This document shows positions 26,328 to 32,986 of a DNA stretch of 39,663 nucleotides, one piece after another. The position numbers and the translations under genes are program-made. The first letter of the stretch is position 1, and every line of letters starts with the position of its first letter. The DNA is from a virus, in the IMG/VR virus record IMGVR_UViG_3300045988_057690, positions 1-39,663 of that record, one strand, 5' to 3'. The notes beneath the pieces are model-generated. The model was not told the DNA's origin and did not search any database. It saw only the letters and a program-made list of their open reading frames with translations.

Positions 26328-26782
26328 CTCATCTCCTGCAATTTCTTGTTGACCTCATCCAGGACGGCCAGCAGTGTTGTCCGATCATCCGTTTTGCGGA
26401 TAAAATCTAAGAGCGCATCCTTGCCCCCGCCAACTTCGGCGGGGGCTTCTTTTTTTGCGTTCTTCCCCCGCTCCACCTCGATCAGCCGCTTAACCTCCTC
26501 GATATCCTCCAGGCACTTCTGCGTCTCCTCTTCGGTGGGGCCGGAGTGGAGGAGGATCTCTTCGGGGGTGGTTTGGAGGAGGAGGCACATTTTGGCGGCC
26601 TCTTCGGGGGAGGGGAGGTTCTTAGGCGCTGGCTTTCCATCCTTTTCGCGTCTATTCCAGTCTGTTACCCAGTTGTGTGCTCGCCCCATTCGTTCGCAAA
26701 AGACGACATAACTGCGGCATGTTTTTTTAATTAACGAATTGGTTGCTGACAAGTTTAATTTAACGATTTTCCTGCGAGACAT
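26324..26782 (-). CDS. HTH DNA-binding regulator (second repressor-like protein)
   Basis: ATG 26782 (a GTG at 26794 is also possible). HTH-like LSATNSLIKKTCRSYVVFCERMGRAHNWVTDW. Confidence 0.65.
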   Translation of the reverse strand: MSRRKIVKLNLSATNSLIKKTCRSYVVFCERMGRAHNWVTDWNRREKDGKPAPKNLPSPEEAAKMCLLLQTTPEEILLHSGPTEEETQKCLEDIEEVKRLIEVERGKNAKKEAPAEVGGGKDALLDFIRKTDDRTTLLAVLDEVNKKLQEMR

Positions 26783-26796
26783 AGTTGCAAACACCC

Positions 26797-26825
26797 TTTA
26801 CAGGCTATAATATGTAGGTTATAAT
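26797..26825 (+). promoter_or_regulatory. Candidate promoter for the 26847 gene within a divergent control region
   Basis: TTTACA (26797-26802), 17 nt, TATAAT (26820-26825). A second TATAAT lies at 26806-26811 after TTGCAA. Confidence 0.5.
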
Positions 26826-26846
26826 GAAAAGAAAGGAGGTGCCAAA

Positions 26847-27098
26847 ATGTTCCAAACTAGGACACAGATCAAAAACCGAATCCGATTTTTAGAGGAGAAG
26901 GTAGGCGCACTGGAACAGTCACTAAAATTATCAAACGAAAGCAACCTAGGAAAGTGTCGTGGTGTGTTTTGTATCGGCTGCACCCATGCTGTTTGGTATC
27001 AGCACGGGAATTTCTCGAAAAAAGTTATTGGGTGCGACGTTGACGTGCCGTGTGAACACTTTTCAAGAGCAAAGAGGGCAAACGACCGGACCGAATAA
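26847..27098 (+). CDS. Cys-rich hypothetical protein
   Basis: 83 aa, AAAGGAGG RBS. Cysteines in CRGVFCIGCTH...GCDVDVPCEH. Confidence 0.6.
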   Translation: MFQTRTQIKNRIRFLEEKVGALEQSLKLSNESNLGKCRGVFCIGCTHAVWYQHGNFSKKVIGCDVDVPCEHFSRAKRANDRTE

Positions 27099-27428
27099 CT
27101 GCATAAACGAAACGACCAGGCTTAAAACAGCGATAAACGTAGTGATGGCGTAGGGAACCCAAAAATTCCTTCCATCACGACGGCGTTGCTCGATGTAGGC
27201 TTTTCCGGCAACTTCGATTTTATACCCGATTGCTTCATAGTCATTTATTCCGTTGACAACAACAATCTGGTTGACCTCGGATATATAACCCGCTTTCAGC
27301 AAGGAGGTTATATGTTGGCTTTGATGTTTCCTCTCATCTTCGCCCGTGATCGCATTGATTTCATCAATCGTCATTTGGCCTTTTTTGTATAGGGCCTTCA
27401 ATAGTTTATAGGTTTTTTTATCGAACAT
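27063..27428 (-). CDS. Winged-HTH (MarR-like) protein with a C-terminal transmembrane anchor
   Basis: 121 aa. YKLLKALYKKGQMTIDEINAITG followed by a hydrophobic C-terminus AITTFIAVLSLVVSFMQLF. Convergent with the 26847 gene and overlaps it by 36 nt. Confidence 0.6.
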   Translation of the reverse strand: MFDKKTYKLLKALYKKGQMTIDEINAITGEDERKHQSQHITSLLKAGYISEVNQIVVVNGINDYEAIGYKIEVAGKAYIEQRRRDGRNFWVPYAITTFIAVLSLVVSFMQLFGPVVCPLCS

Positions 27429-27463
27429 ATCTTGAATAAAACACTCCTAGAGAAATTTCATTT

Positions 27464-27504
27464 CCGCCCTTTTGTGCATTTATTACAAATGGGCGGTTTT
27501 ATTT
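27464..27504 (+). terminator. Terminator-like hairpin, rightward sense
   Basis: CCGCCC-T-TTTGT ... ACAAA-T-GGGCGG followed by TTTTATTTAT. Confidence 0.45.
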
Positions 27505-27541
27505 ATAGCCATATTGCTGGCTAAAAATAAGTAGAAATAAA

Positions 27542-27570
27542 TTGACAGGCTATAAAAAATACGCTATAAT
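27542..27570 (+). promoter_or_regulatory. Consensus sigma-A promoter, rightward
   Basis: TTGACA (27542-27547), 17-nt spacer, TATAAT (27565-27570). An ATG at 27578 lies at about the +1 position. Confidence 0.7.
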
Positions 27571-27796
27571 AACTTACATGAGAACTCAATCAGGCAACAA
27601 AAAACCAAGCCCCCAAATAACTTCTTGTTTTTTGCGGGTTTATAGCCGATATTCTGTTGGCTGACACTTACATGATAACGGCTAGTTCTTTGTTTGTCAA
27701 GATGGTTTCTCATATGTTGATGCGGCGGGGATAGGCAGTCGGCGCGAGCGTATCCCCCGGGGTTATCAGGGACCAGCGGGAGTGCCATTCCCGCTG

Positions 27797-27834
27797 GAAA
27801 ACAAAGGCCGGCGGGAGCACTATTCCCACCGGCC
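27797..27834 (-). terminator. Rho-independent terminator, leftward sense
   Basis: On the minus strand: GGCCGGTGGGA atagtgc TCCCGCCGGCC (one G-U pair) followed by TTTGTTTTCC. Confidence 0.65.
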
Positions 27835-28167
27835 AATGTCCAAATTTGTTTACCCTTTGCCCCGTGCAGGCTTTCGCCGCTTGCAATAGTGCTACAAGTT
27901 CTTCTGGAGCCTCACCACTTTCGCAGTTTTGGTTCTGCGCATTGCCTTCTCGCTGGTAAGCAATCGGGAGTACTTAATACGGTGGGATATGATAGGCATA
28001 TCACCATGAGTTTTTAGCTCTTCACTGAGCGCTCCGCCGTATTAGTTGCTGCATTTGACCAGTTTTAAGTGCTTTGGTGCCACTATTGCGACCCGTTTGT
28101 GAGGGAACAGGCAAAGTCAAAAATTTGGTCACATGACCACCACCTTTGATTTTGCCCTTAGAGGGCT
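27798..28167 (-). ncRNA. Candidate ~370-nt structured non-coding RNA, leftward, of unknown family
   Basis: Bounded by a near-consensus promoter (28174-28202) and an intrinsic terminator (27797-27834). No ORF with a credible RBS. Nested helices: 27883-27891/28081-28089, 27975-27985/28034-28044, 27986-27991/27997-28002. Confidence 0.45.
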
Positions 28168-28173
28168 GGAGGA

Positions 28174-28202
28174 ATTATAGCAAATATCCCCGTCGCCGTC
28201 AA
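28174..28202 (-). promoter_or_regulatory. Near-consensus sigma-A promoter, leftward
   Basis: Minus strand TTGACG (28202-28197), 17-nt spacer, TATAAT (28179-28174). A weaker rightward TTGCCC-18-TATAGC (28152-28181) overlaps it. Confidence 0.7.
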
Positions 28203-28230
28203 CGAGAACTCATATAAAGGAGGAATGATT

Positions 28231-28470
28231 TTGACACTGGAGGACCTTCGCATCCGGGCAGGCCTCTCTCAGCTTGACGTTGGGAGACGGCTGAACGTAA
28301 CGCAGTCCGCTGTATCCCATTGGGAGCGTGGGGACTACAACATCGCCCGGAAGTATCACAAAAAGCTGGCCCGGCTGTATCAGGTCACGCCGGGCGACAT
28401 CGTGGCCGCCTATAAGGCCGCCATCGCCGCAAAATGCGGAGAAGGGAAAGGCTATGAGAAAGAAACCTGA
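28231..28470 (+). CDS. Cro/CI-type XRE HTH regulator, first early gene
   Basis: LEDLRIRAGLSQLDVGRRLNVTQSAVSHWERG. TTG 28231 sits 7 nt after AGGAGG (28218-28223). An ATG at 28225 is also possible. Confidence 0.8.
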   Translation: MTLEDLRIRAGLSQLDVGRRLNVTQSAVSHWERGDYNIARKYHKKLARLYQVTPGDIVAAYKAAIAAKCGEGKGYEKET

Positions 28471-28603
28471 GTACAAGATCATCTGGACCGCACCACCCGA
28501 CCCCGAGAAGATCATGGAGGCGTTTGGCCGGGTCTGGTGCGAGGCCCACGACATGGAGTTTGTGGGGGTGTACAAGGTCGGAGATGCGACGCCCTCACGC
28601 TGA
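28454..28603 (+). CDS. Hypothetical 49-aa protein
   Basis: ATG 28454 after GGAGAAGGGAAAGG. Confidence 0.4.
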   Translation: MRKKPEYKIIWTAPPDPEKIMEAFGRVWCEAHDMEFVGVYKVGDATPSR

Positions 28604-28618
28604 AAGGAAGGAAATCAA

Positions 28619-29209
28619 ATGAAAGAGATCAAAGTTCGGCTGACCTTCACGGAGCCTATCCTGGGGACCAGCCCCGCAGACCCGGACATCTACCGCAAGT
28701 TCATCGGCAGCAAGGCCCCGGACGCAGCAAGCGTCGAGGATGAGGTGGCCTCCCTGGGCGCTGACACCGTAGCCGAGAAGGCTATGACTGTGTTCCCCCG
28801 TCTGGACGATGGTACGCCGTATTTGTACGACTACCAGATCAAGGGCTTTTTCAAGGACACGTGCGGCGGCCTACGCAAGGTGAAGGGGACGGTCAGTGAG
28901 AAGATCAAGGCGTACAAAAAGGAGATCGACAAGCTGATCTTCCCCGAACCCCGCACCATCCCCCTGCTGTTCGAGGGCGAAGTCGGGGAGTGCCAGAGGC
29001 CCCTTCGGGCGCAGACGGCCCAGGGTGAGCGTATCAGCCTTGCTATGAGTGAGGAAATTCCCGCCGGGGCGACGTGCGAGTTTACGGTGGTTTGCCTCTG
29101 CGACGATCACGAAAAGGCCGTTCGTGAGTGGCTGGACTACGGGAGATTTTCCGGCATCGGTCAGTGGCGGAACAGTGGGAAAGGTAGGTTCTGCTGGGAA
29201 GAGCTTTGA
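28619..29209 (+). CDS. Conserved-looking early protein of unknown function with a glycine-rich C-terminal loop
   Basis: 196 aa, GGAAGGAAA RBS. Ends ...YGRFSGIGQWRNSGKGRFCWEEL. Confidence 0.7.
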   Translation: MKEIKVRLTFTEPILGTSPADPDIYRKFIGSKAPDAASVEDEVASLGADTVAEKAMTVFPRLDDGTPYLYDYQIKGFFKDTCGGLRKVKGTVSEKIKAYKKEIDKLIFPEPRTIPLLFEGEVGECQRPLRAQTAQGERISLAMSEEIPAGATCEFTVVCLCDDHEKAVREWLDYGRFSGIGQWRNSGKGRFCWEEL

Positions 29210-29211
29210 TA

Positions 29212-29380
29212 AGCAACGGAATTGTCTCGCGACGTTACGAGGGGCAGAGCGACGGCACGGAATTGCAAGGAGAAGCATCGAGAAGGAAGCGCGGCCATGG
29301 AATTGTGACGTTCTGCATTGCAATGGTATGGCACCGAAACGATTTGCAAAGGAAAGGCTCTGCGTCGCCATGGAACTGAG
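29212..29380. repeat. Four iteron-like repeats (A/C)(C/T)GGAA(T/C)TG in an ORF-free stretch
   Basis: ACGGAATTG at 29216 and 29257, ATGGAATTG at 29297, ATGGAACTG at 29370. Spacings are 41, 40 and 73 nt. Confidence 0.6.
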
Positions 29381-29606
29381 ATGCGGGGCAAAGATCGAAT
29401 CGGGCAGAGAGGTAACGCTAAGGTATTGATGAGCTTGGAGGAGCCACGCGACGGCGATGCAAAGCTGCGTAATGACAAGCAAAGCAAAAAAGAAAGCCCT
29501 GTCCGGTGCGCTATACCGAACAGGGCGAAGGAACGAATCTCAACCACAAGATATTGTGTTCCCGCTGTTATTATATCACACCAGCGGGGGAAAGGCAAGG
29601 GATAAA

Positions 29607-29747
29607 ATGAATAGACAGAGGACCCGCCGGGAGCGGGCCGCCCGCTGGGCGGAGTTTTGGGCCACGTTGGCCGTAGCCGGCTGCATCGGCCTGGTGTGGC
29701 TGTTTGGTGTGTATTGCGGGTTTGCCATTGTGCAGGCTGCGTGGTGA
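29607..29747 (+). CDS. Small membrane protein
   Basis: 46 aa. Basic N-terminus MNRQRTRRERAARW followed by a hydrophobic helix. Confidence 0.45.
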   Translation: MNRQRTRRERAARWAEFWATLAVAGCIGLVWLFGVYCGFAIVQAAW

Positions 29748-29763
29748 TGGAGGAGGAATAACG

Positions 29764-29940
29764 ATGGACAAGGTCAAGTGTTATACCTGTGCGATGCTGT
29801 CTGTGATGCAGGACGAGGCGCTGGAGGACATTGAGAAGCTGGATGTGCTGGAGGTGCTGATGGAAGCCCGGAATATTGAGAGGGCCACGGCGGCGGCCTG
29901 GAAGACCTATGAGATGGACAAGGAGGCGCAGCAGGGATGA
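29764..29940 (+). CDS. Hypothetical small protein
   Basis: ATG 29764 after GGAGGAGG, 58 aa. ATGA coupling to the next gene. Confidence 0.5.
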   Translation: MDKVKCYTCAMLSVMQDEALEDIEKLDVLEVLMEARNIERATAAAWKTYEMDKEAQQG

Positions 29941-30413
29941 CCATCTATGACATTGACAGCGCCATTGCTGCGCTGGTGGACCCGGAGACCGGGGAGCTGG
30001 GCGACTATGAGGCGTTCCAGCGGCTGCAGCTGGCCTGGGAGGCGAAGATCGAGAACCTGGCCCTGCTGTACAAGGAGACCCGGGCCACGGCGGAGGCCAT
30101 CAAGGCCGAGGCGGACAGGCTGCTCCAGCGCCGGAGGGTGCTGGAGCACAACATGCGCCGGATGCAGGAGTATCTGGCCCTGGTGCTGGACGGGGAGAAA
30201 TTCAGCTCCCCCCGGTGTACGGTGAGCTACCGCCGGAGCGAGGGGACGGAGACCGACCCGGAGTTCATCGACTGGGCACGGGAGCACCGGCCCGAGCTGC
30301 TGATGGAGCAGCAGCCCAAGATCGACACGCAGCAGCTGAAGCGGGAGCTGAAGGACGGCCTGGCGTGTGACTACGCCCGGCTGGTGGAGCGGCAGAACGT
30401 GCAGGTGAGGTGA
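29937..30413 (+). CDS. Siphovirus Gp157-family protein
   Basis: 158 aa. MTIYDIDSAIAALVDPETGEL... and the coiled-coil pattern. Lies upstream of the Sak-type recombinase. Confidence 0.7.
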   Translation: MTIYDIDSAIAALVDPETGELGDYEAFQRLQLAWEAKIENLALLYKETRATAEAIKAEADRLLQRRRVLEHNMRRMQEYLALVLDGEKFSSPRCTVSYRRSEGTETDPEFIDWAREHRPELLMEQQPKIDTQQLKRELKDGLACDYARLVERQNVQVR

Positions 30414-31054
30414 CGGACATGAGCGAAAACATGAGATATTACGCCGCCATGAAGGAGTGCCCGGACAACGCCAAGAAGGTCATTCAGGCGGGCAAGCTGA
30501 AAGGCAAGACGGACATCAATCCCATGTGGCGCATCAAGGTACTGACGGAGACCTTCGGCCCCTGCGGCGAGGGCTGGAAAACGGAGAACACCCAGTATTG
30601 GACCACGCCGGGGGCCGAGGGCGAGGTGGTGGCCTGGTGTAGCCTGGAGCTGCGGTATAAAGAGGGCGAGAGCTGGTCCCTCCCCGTGTTGGGCATTGGC
30701 GGGGCCATGCTGGTGGACACCCAGAAGGGCAAGCTGACCACCAACGACGATGCCTTTAAAATGGCGTACACGGATGCCATCAGTGTGGCCTGCAAGGCCC
30801 TGGGAATGGCGGCGGACGTGTATTGGGACAATGACCGGACCAAGTATGATAGGCCCGCTCCCCCGCCCGCCATACGCTGCGAGCGGTGCGGCCACGACAT
30901 CAAGCCGATGCGCAGCGGCGGCATGGTGTACACCCCGGAGGAGATCGCAGAAAACAGCCAGAAGGCCTATGGCTCCACCCTGTGCTGGGCCTGCATGAAA
31001 GCCGTTAAGGCGGAAAAGACCCGGGAGGAGGCCACCGATGAAAACGCCGGTTGA
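30410..31054 (+). CDS. Rad52/Sak-family single-strand annealing recombinase with a C-terminal zinc ribbon
   Basis: NPMWRIKVLTETFGPCGEGW and AFKMAYTDAISVACKALGMAADVY motifs. CERCGH...CWAC. The start is GTG 30410 or ATG 30419. Confidence 0.7.
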   Translation: MTDMSENMRYYAAMKECPDNAKKVIQAGKLKGKTDINPMWRIKVLTETFGPCGEGWKTENTQYWTTPGAEGEVVAWCSLELRYKEGESWSLPVLGIGGAMLVDTQKGKLTTNDDAFKMAYTDAISVACKALGMAADVYWDNDRTKYDRPAPPPAIRCERCGHDIKPMRSGGMVYTPEEIAENSQKAYGSTLCWACMKAVKAEKTREEATDENAG

Positions 31055-31724
31055 CACGGTGAAGGGCCGGATCGTGGGCTATGACGAACGGACGGGCGAG
31101 GTGCTCATCCGGGCCCGCTATGATGACTGGCCCACCATGTGCAAGCGGGAATACAGGGAGTGCCTGGTGCAGATGGTGGACGGGCGGCCCCTGAGCGACA
31201 GGCAGCGGCGCATGTGCTACGCCCTGCTGCGGGAGATCAGCGACTATACCGGCCAGGACGTACATTCGGCGAAAGAATACCTGAAGCTCCGGTTTCTGGC
31301 GGATGACTTTGGGGAGACGGCGGACAGGATCTTTTCCCTGTCCAACGCCCCCATGAGCCTGGTATGTGCCTTTCAGCGGTATTTGGTGCGGTTCATCGTG
31401 GAGTACGACATCCCCTGCCGGGTGCCGCTGCTGGAGTACGTGGACGATATCCCGGACTACATCTATGCCTGTCTCATCGCCAAGAAGTGCTGCATCACCG
31501 GCCAGAGCGCCCAGCTCCACCACGTGGACCGGGTGGGCATGGGCCGGGACCGGGACGACATCATCCACGAGGGCCTGGAGGTGCTGCCCCTGAGCGAGGA
31601 AAAGCACCGGGAGGCCCACACCATGAGCGATGCAGAGTTTTTCGACAAGTACCACCTGCCCGGCGGAATCGTGATGGACAAGACCTTGTGCCGGATTTAC
31701 GGATTGAAGGCAAAGCGGAGGTGA
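31038..31724 (+). CDS. Putative HNH-type nuclease (HNHc_6-like)
   Basis: 228 aa. LHHVDRVGMGRDRDDIIHEG...PLSEEKHREAH. Confidence 0.55.
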   Translation: MKTPVDTVKGRIVGYDERTGEVLIRARYDDWPTMCKREYRECLVQMVDGRPLSDRQRRMCYALLREISDYTGQDVHSAKEYLKLRFLADDFGETADRIFSLSNAPMSLVCAFQRYLVRFIVEYDIPCRVPLLEYVDDIPDYIYACLIAKKCCITGQSAQLHHVDRVGMGRDRDDIIHEGLEVLPLSEEKHREAHTMSDAEFFDKYHLPGGIVMDKTLCRIYGLKAKRR

Positions 31725-31728
31725 GGCA

Positions 31729-32475
31729 ATGGCAAGAGAGTACACCCCCCTCCCCTTTGAGTTTTTGGACGAGATGGACCTACTCAGCGACGAGGAATAT
31801 GGCCGCCTGATCCGGGCCATGCAGGCCTATTCCATCACCGGGGAGGACAGCCCCCCGCCTGGGCAAGAGCGCTTTTTCTGGAAGCGGGCCAGGAACGTGG
31901 TAGACCGATACACGGACAGCTATGAGAGCCGCCGCCAGACCCTGCGGGAGAACGGGAAAAAAGGCGGAAGACCGCAGAAACCAGATGGTTTTTCTGAAAA
32001 CCAAACGAAACCAAACGAAAGCAAAAAAAGCCAAACCAAAACCAAAACCGAAACCAAAACCAAAGCCGAAACCAAATCCGAAGAGAATACCCCCCAAAAT
32101 CCCCCCACTGGGGGCGGGGCGTTTGAAGCCTTCTGGGCGGTTTACCCGCGAAAAGTCGGGAAACTAGCTGCTAAGAAAGCTTTCGAGCGGGTGGACGTGC
32201 CCCTCGAAACACTCCTGACCGCATTGCGACGGCAGAAGTGCAGTGCTCAGTGGACGGCAGAGAACGGGCGGTATATCCCAAACCCAGCGACCTGGCTGAA
32301 TCAGGGCCGCTGGGAGGACGAGGTGCGGCCGGAACAGCAGGAATTCCAAACGGGGAACCCGTTTTTGGAGCTGCTGGAGGAGGCGAGAGACCGTGACGGA
32401 GAAGGAGACGCTGGGGGTGATGTCGGTGCTGAAAGCGGCCTACCCAAGCTATTACCGGGACATGAAGCGCACTGA
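31729..32475 (+). CDS. Replisome organizer (DnaD / SPP1 G38P-like) replication initiation protein
   Basis: 248 aa. N-terminal LSDEEYGRLIRAM, a Lys/Thr low-complexity linker, C-terminal FWAVYPRKVGK...YIPNPATWLNQGRWEDE. Confidence 0.6.
   Translation: MAREYTPLPFEFLDEMDLLSDEEYGRLIRAMQAYSITGEDSPPPGQERFFWKRARNVVDRYTDSYESRRQTLRENGKKGGRPQKPDGFSENQTKPNESKKSQTKTKTETKTKAETKSEENTPQNPPTGGGAFEAFWAVYPRKVGKLAAKKAFERVDVPLETLLTALRRQKCSAQWTAENGRYIPNPATWLNQGRWEDEVRPEQQEFQTGNPFLELLEEARDRDGEGDAGGDVGAESGLPKLLPGHEAH
31996..32082. repeat. A-tract / GAAACCAAA repeat array inside the replisome organizer gene (origin candidate)
   Basis: aaaaccaaacgaaaccaaacgaaagcaaaaaaagccaaaccaaaaccaaaaccgaaaccaaaaccaaagccgaaaccaaatccg. 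Confidence 0.7.
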
Positions 32476-32827
32476 GGCGTTCGCCGTGGTGGGCCTGTGG
32501 CAGAGCGCATTCCGGGACGAGCCGGTGGAGTGGGTGGCCCAGGCGGTGCGGGACTTTATCTCCCGGGACGCCAAGGGCTTTCCACCCAGCATCGGAGCCA
32601 TAAAGCAGGCGGTGCTTCAGCTGCCCCGGCGGGCGGAGCCGGAGACGGCGGAGTGGTCGGCCCTGCGCCGGGAATGGGCCAGGCTGCGGGCCATGAGACG
32701 GGCGGCGGGGCTGCCCGAGACGGCCTGTCAGGCCATGGAGCACGGCATGAGCGGGCGGGACTATCTGGCCGCCCTGGACGGGGCGCAGCTGGCGCTGGGA
32801 GGTGCGGAGTATGCTCTGGACGGATGA
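32393..32827 (+). CDS. SPP1 G39P-like helicase loader
   Basis: GTG 32393 after GGAGGAGG. LKAAYPSYYRDM...VGLWQSAFRDEP...FPPSIGAIK. Confidence 0.5.
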   Translation: MTEKETLGVMSVLKAAYPSYYRDMKRTEAFAVVGLWQSAFRDEPVEWVAQAVRDFISRDAKGFPPSIGAIKQAVLQLPRRAEPETAEWSALRREWARLRAMRRAAGLPETACQAMEHGMSGRDYLAALDGAQLALGGAEYALDG

Positions 32828-32984
32828 CCCGGTGCGGGACGCGGAGGCGTGGGCGGAAGCGTATCTCAATGGAGCGCCGTGTTGTGACCGGTGCGGTGAG
32901 ATGCTGGAGGGCCACGGCTACCGCATCGGCGGGGACCTGATCTGCCCCGCCTGTTTGGACAAGTATTACCGAGAGGAGATTTGA
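32811..32984 (+). CDS. Small zinc-ribbon protein
   Basis: ATG 32811 after GGGAGGTG. CCDRCGE...CPAC. Confidence 0.5.
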   Translation: MLWTDDPVRDAEAWAEAYLNGAPCCDRCGEMLEGHGYRIGGDLICPACLDKYYREEI

Positions 32985-32986
32985 GG

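Noticed and set aside
27564-27836. A 90-aa minus-strand ORF in the ORF-free control region
   Set aside because: It has no RBS and an implausible sequence. It spans the predicted terminator hairpins and runs into the consensus rightward promoter. I treat it as non-coding.
28871-29605. Overlapping ORFs 28871-29482(-), 29049-29429(+), 29161-29598(-) and 29318-29605(+) across the iteron-like region
   Set aside because: They mutually overlap in several frames, are Arg/Cys-rich, lack an RBS and have no coherent codon bias. The region is better explained as repeat-containing non-coding DNA.
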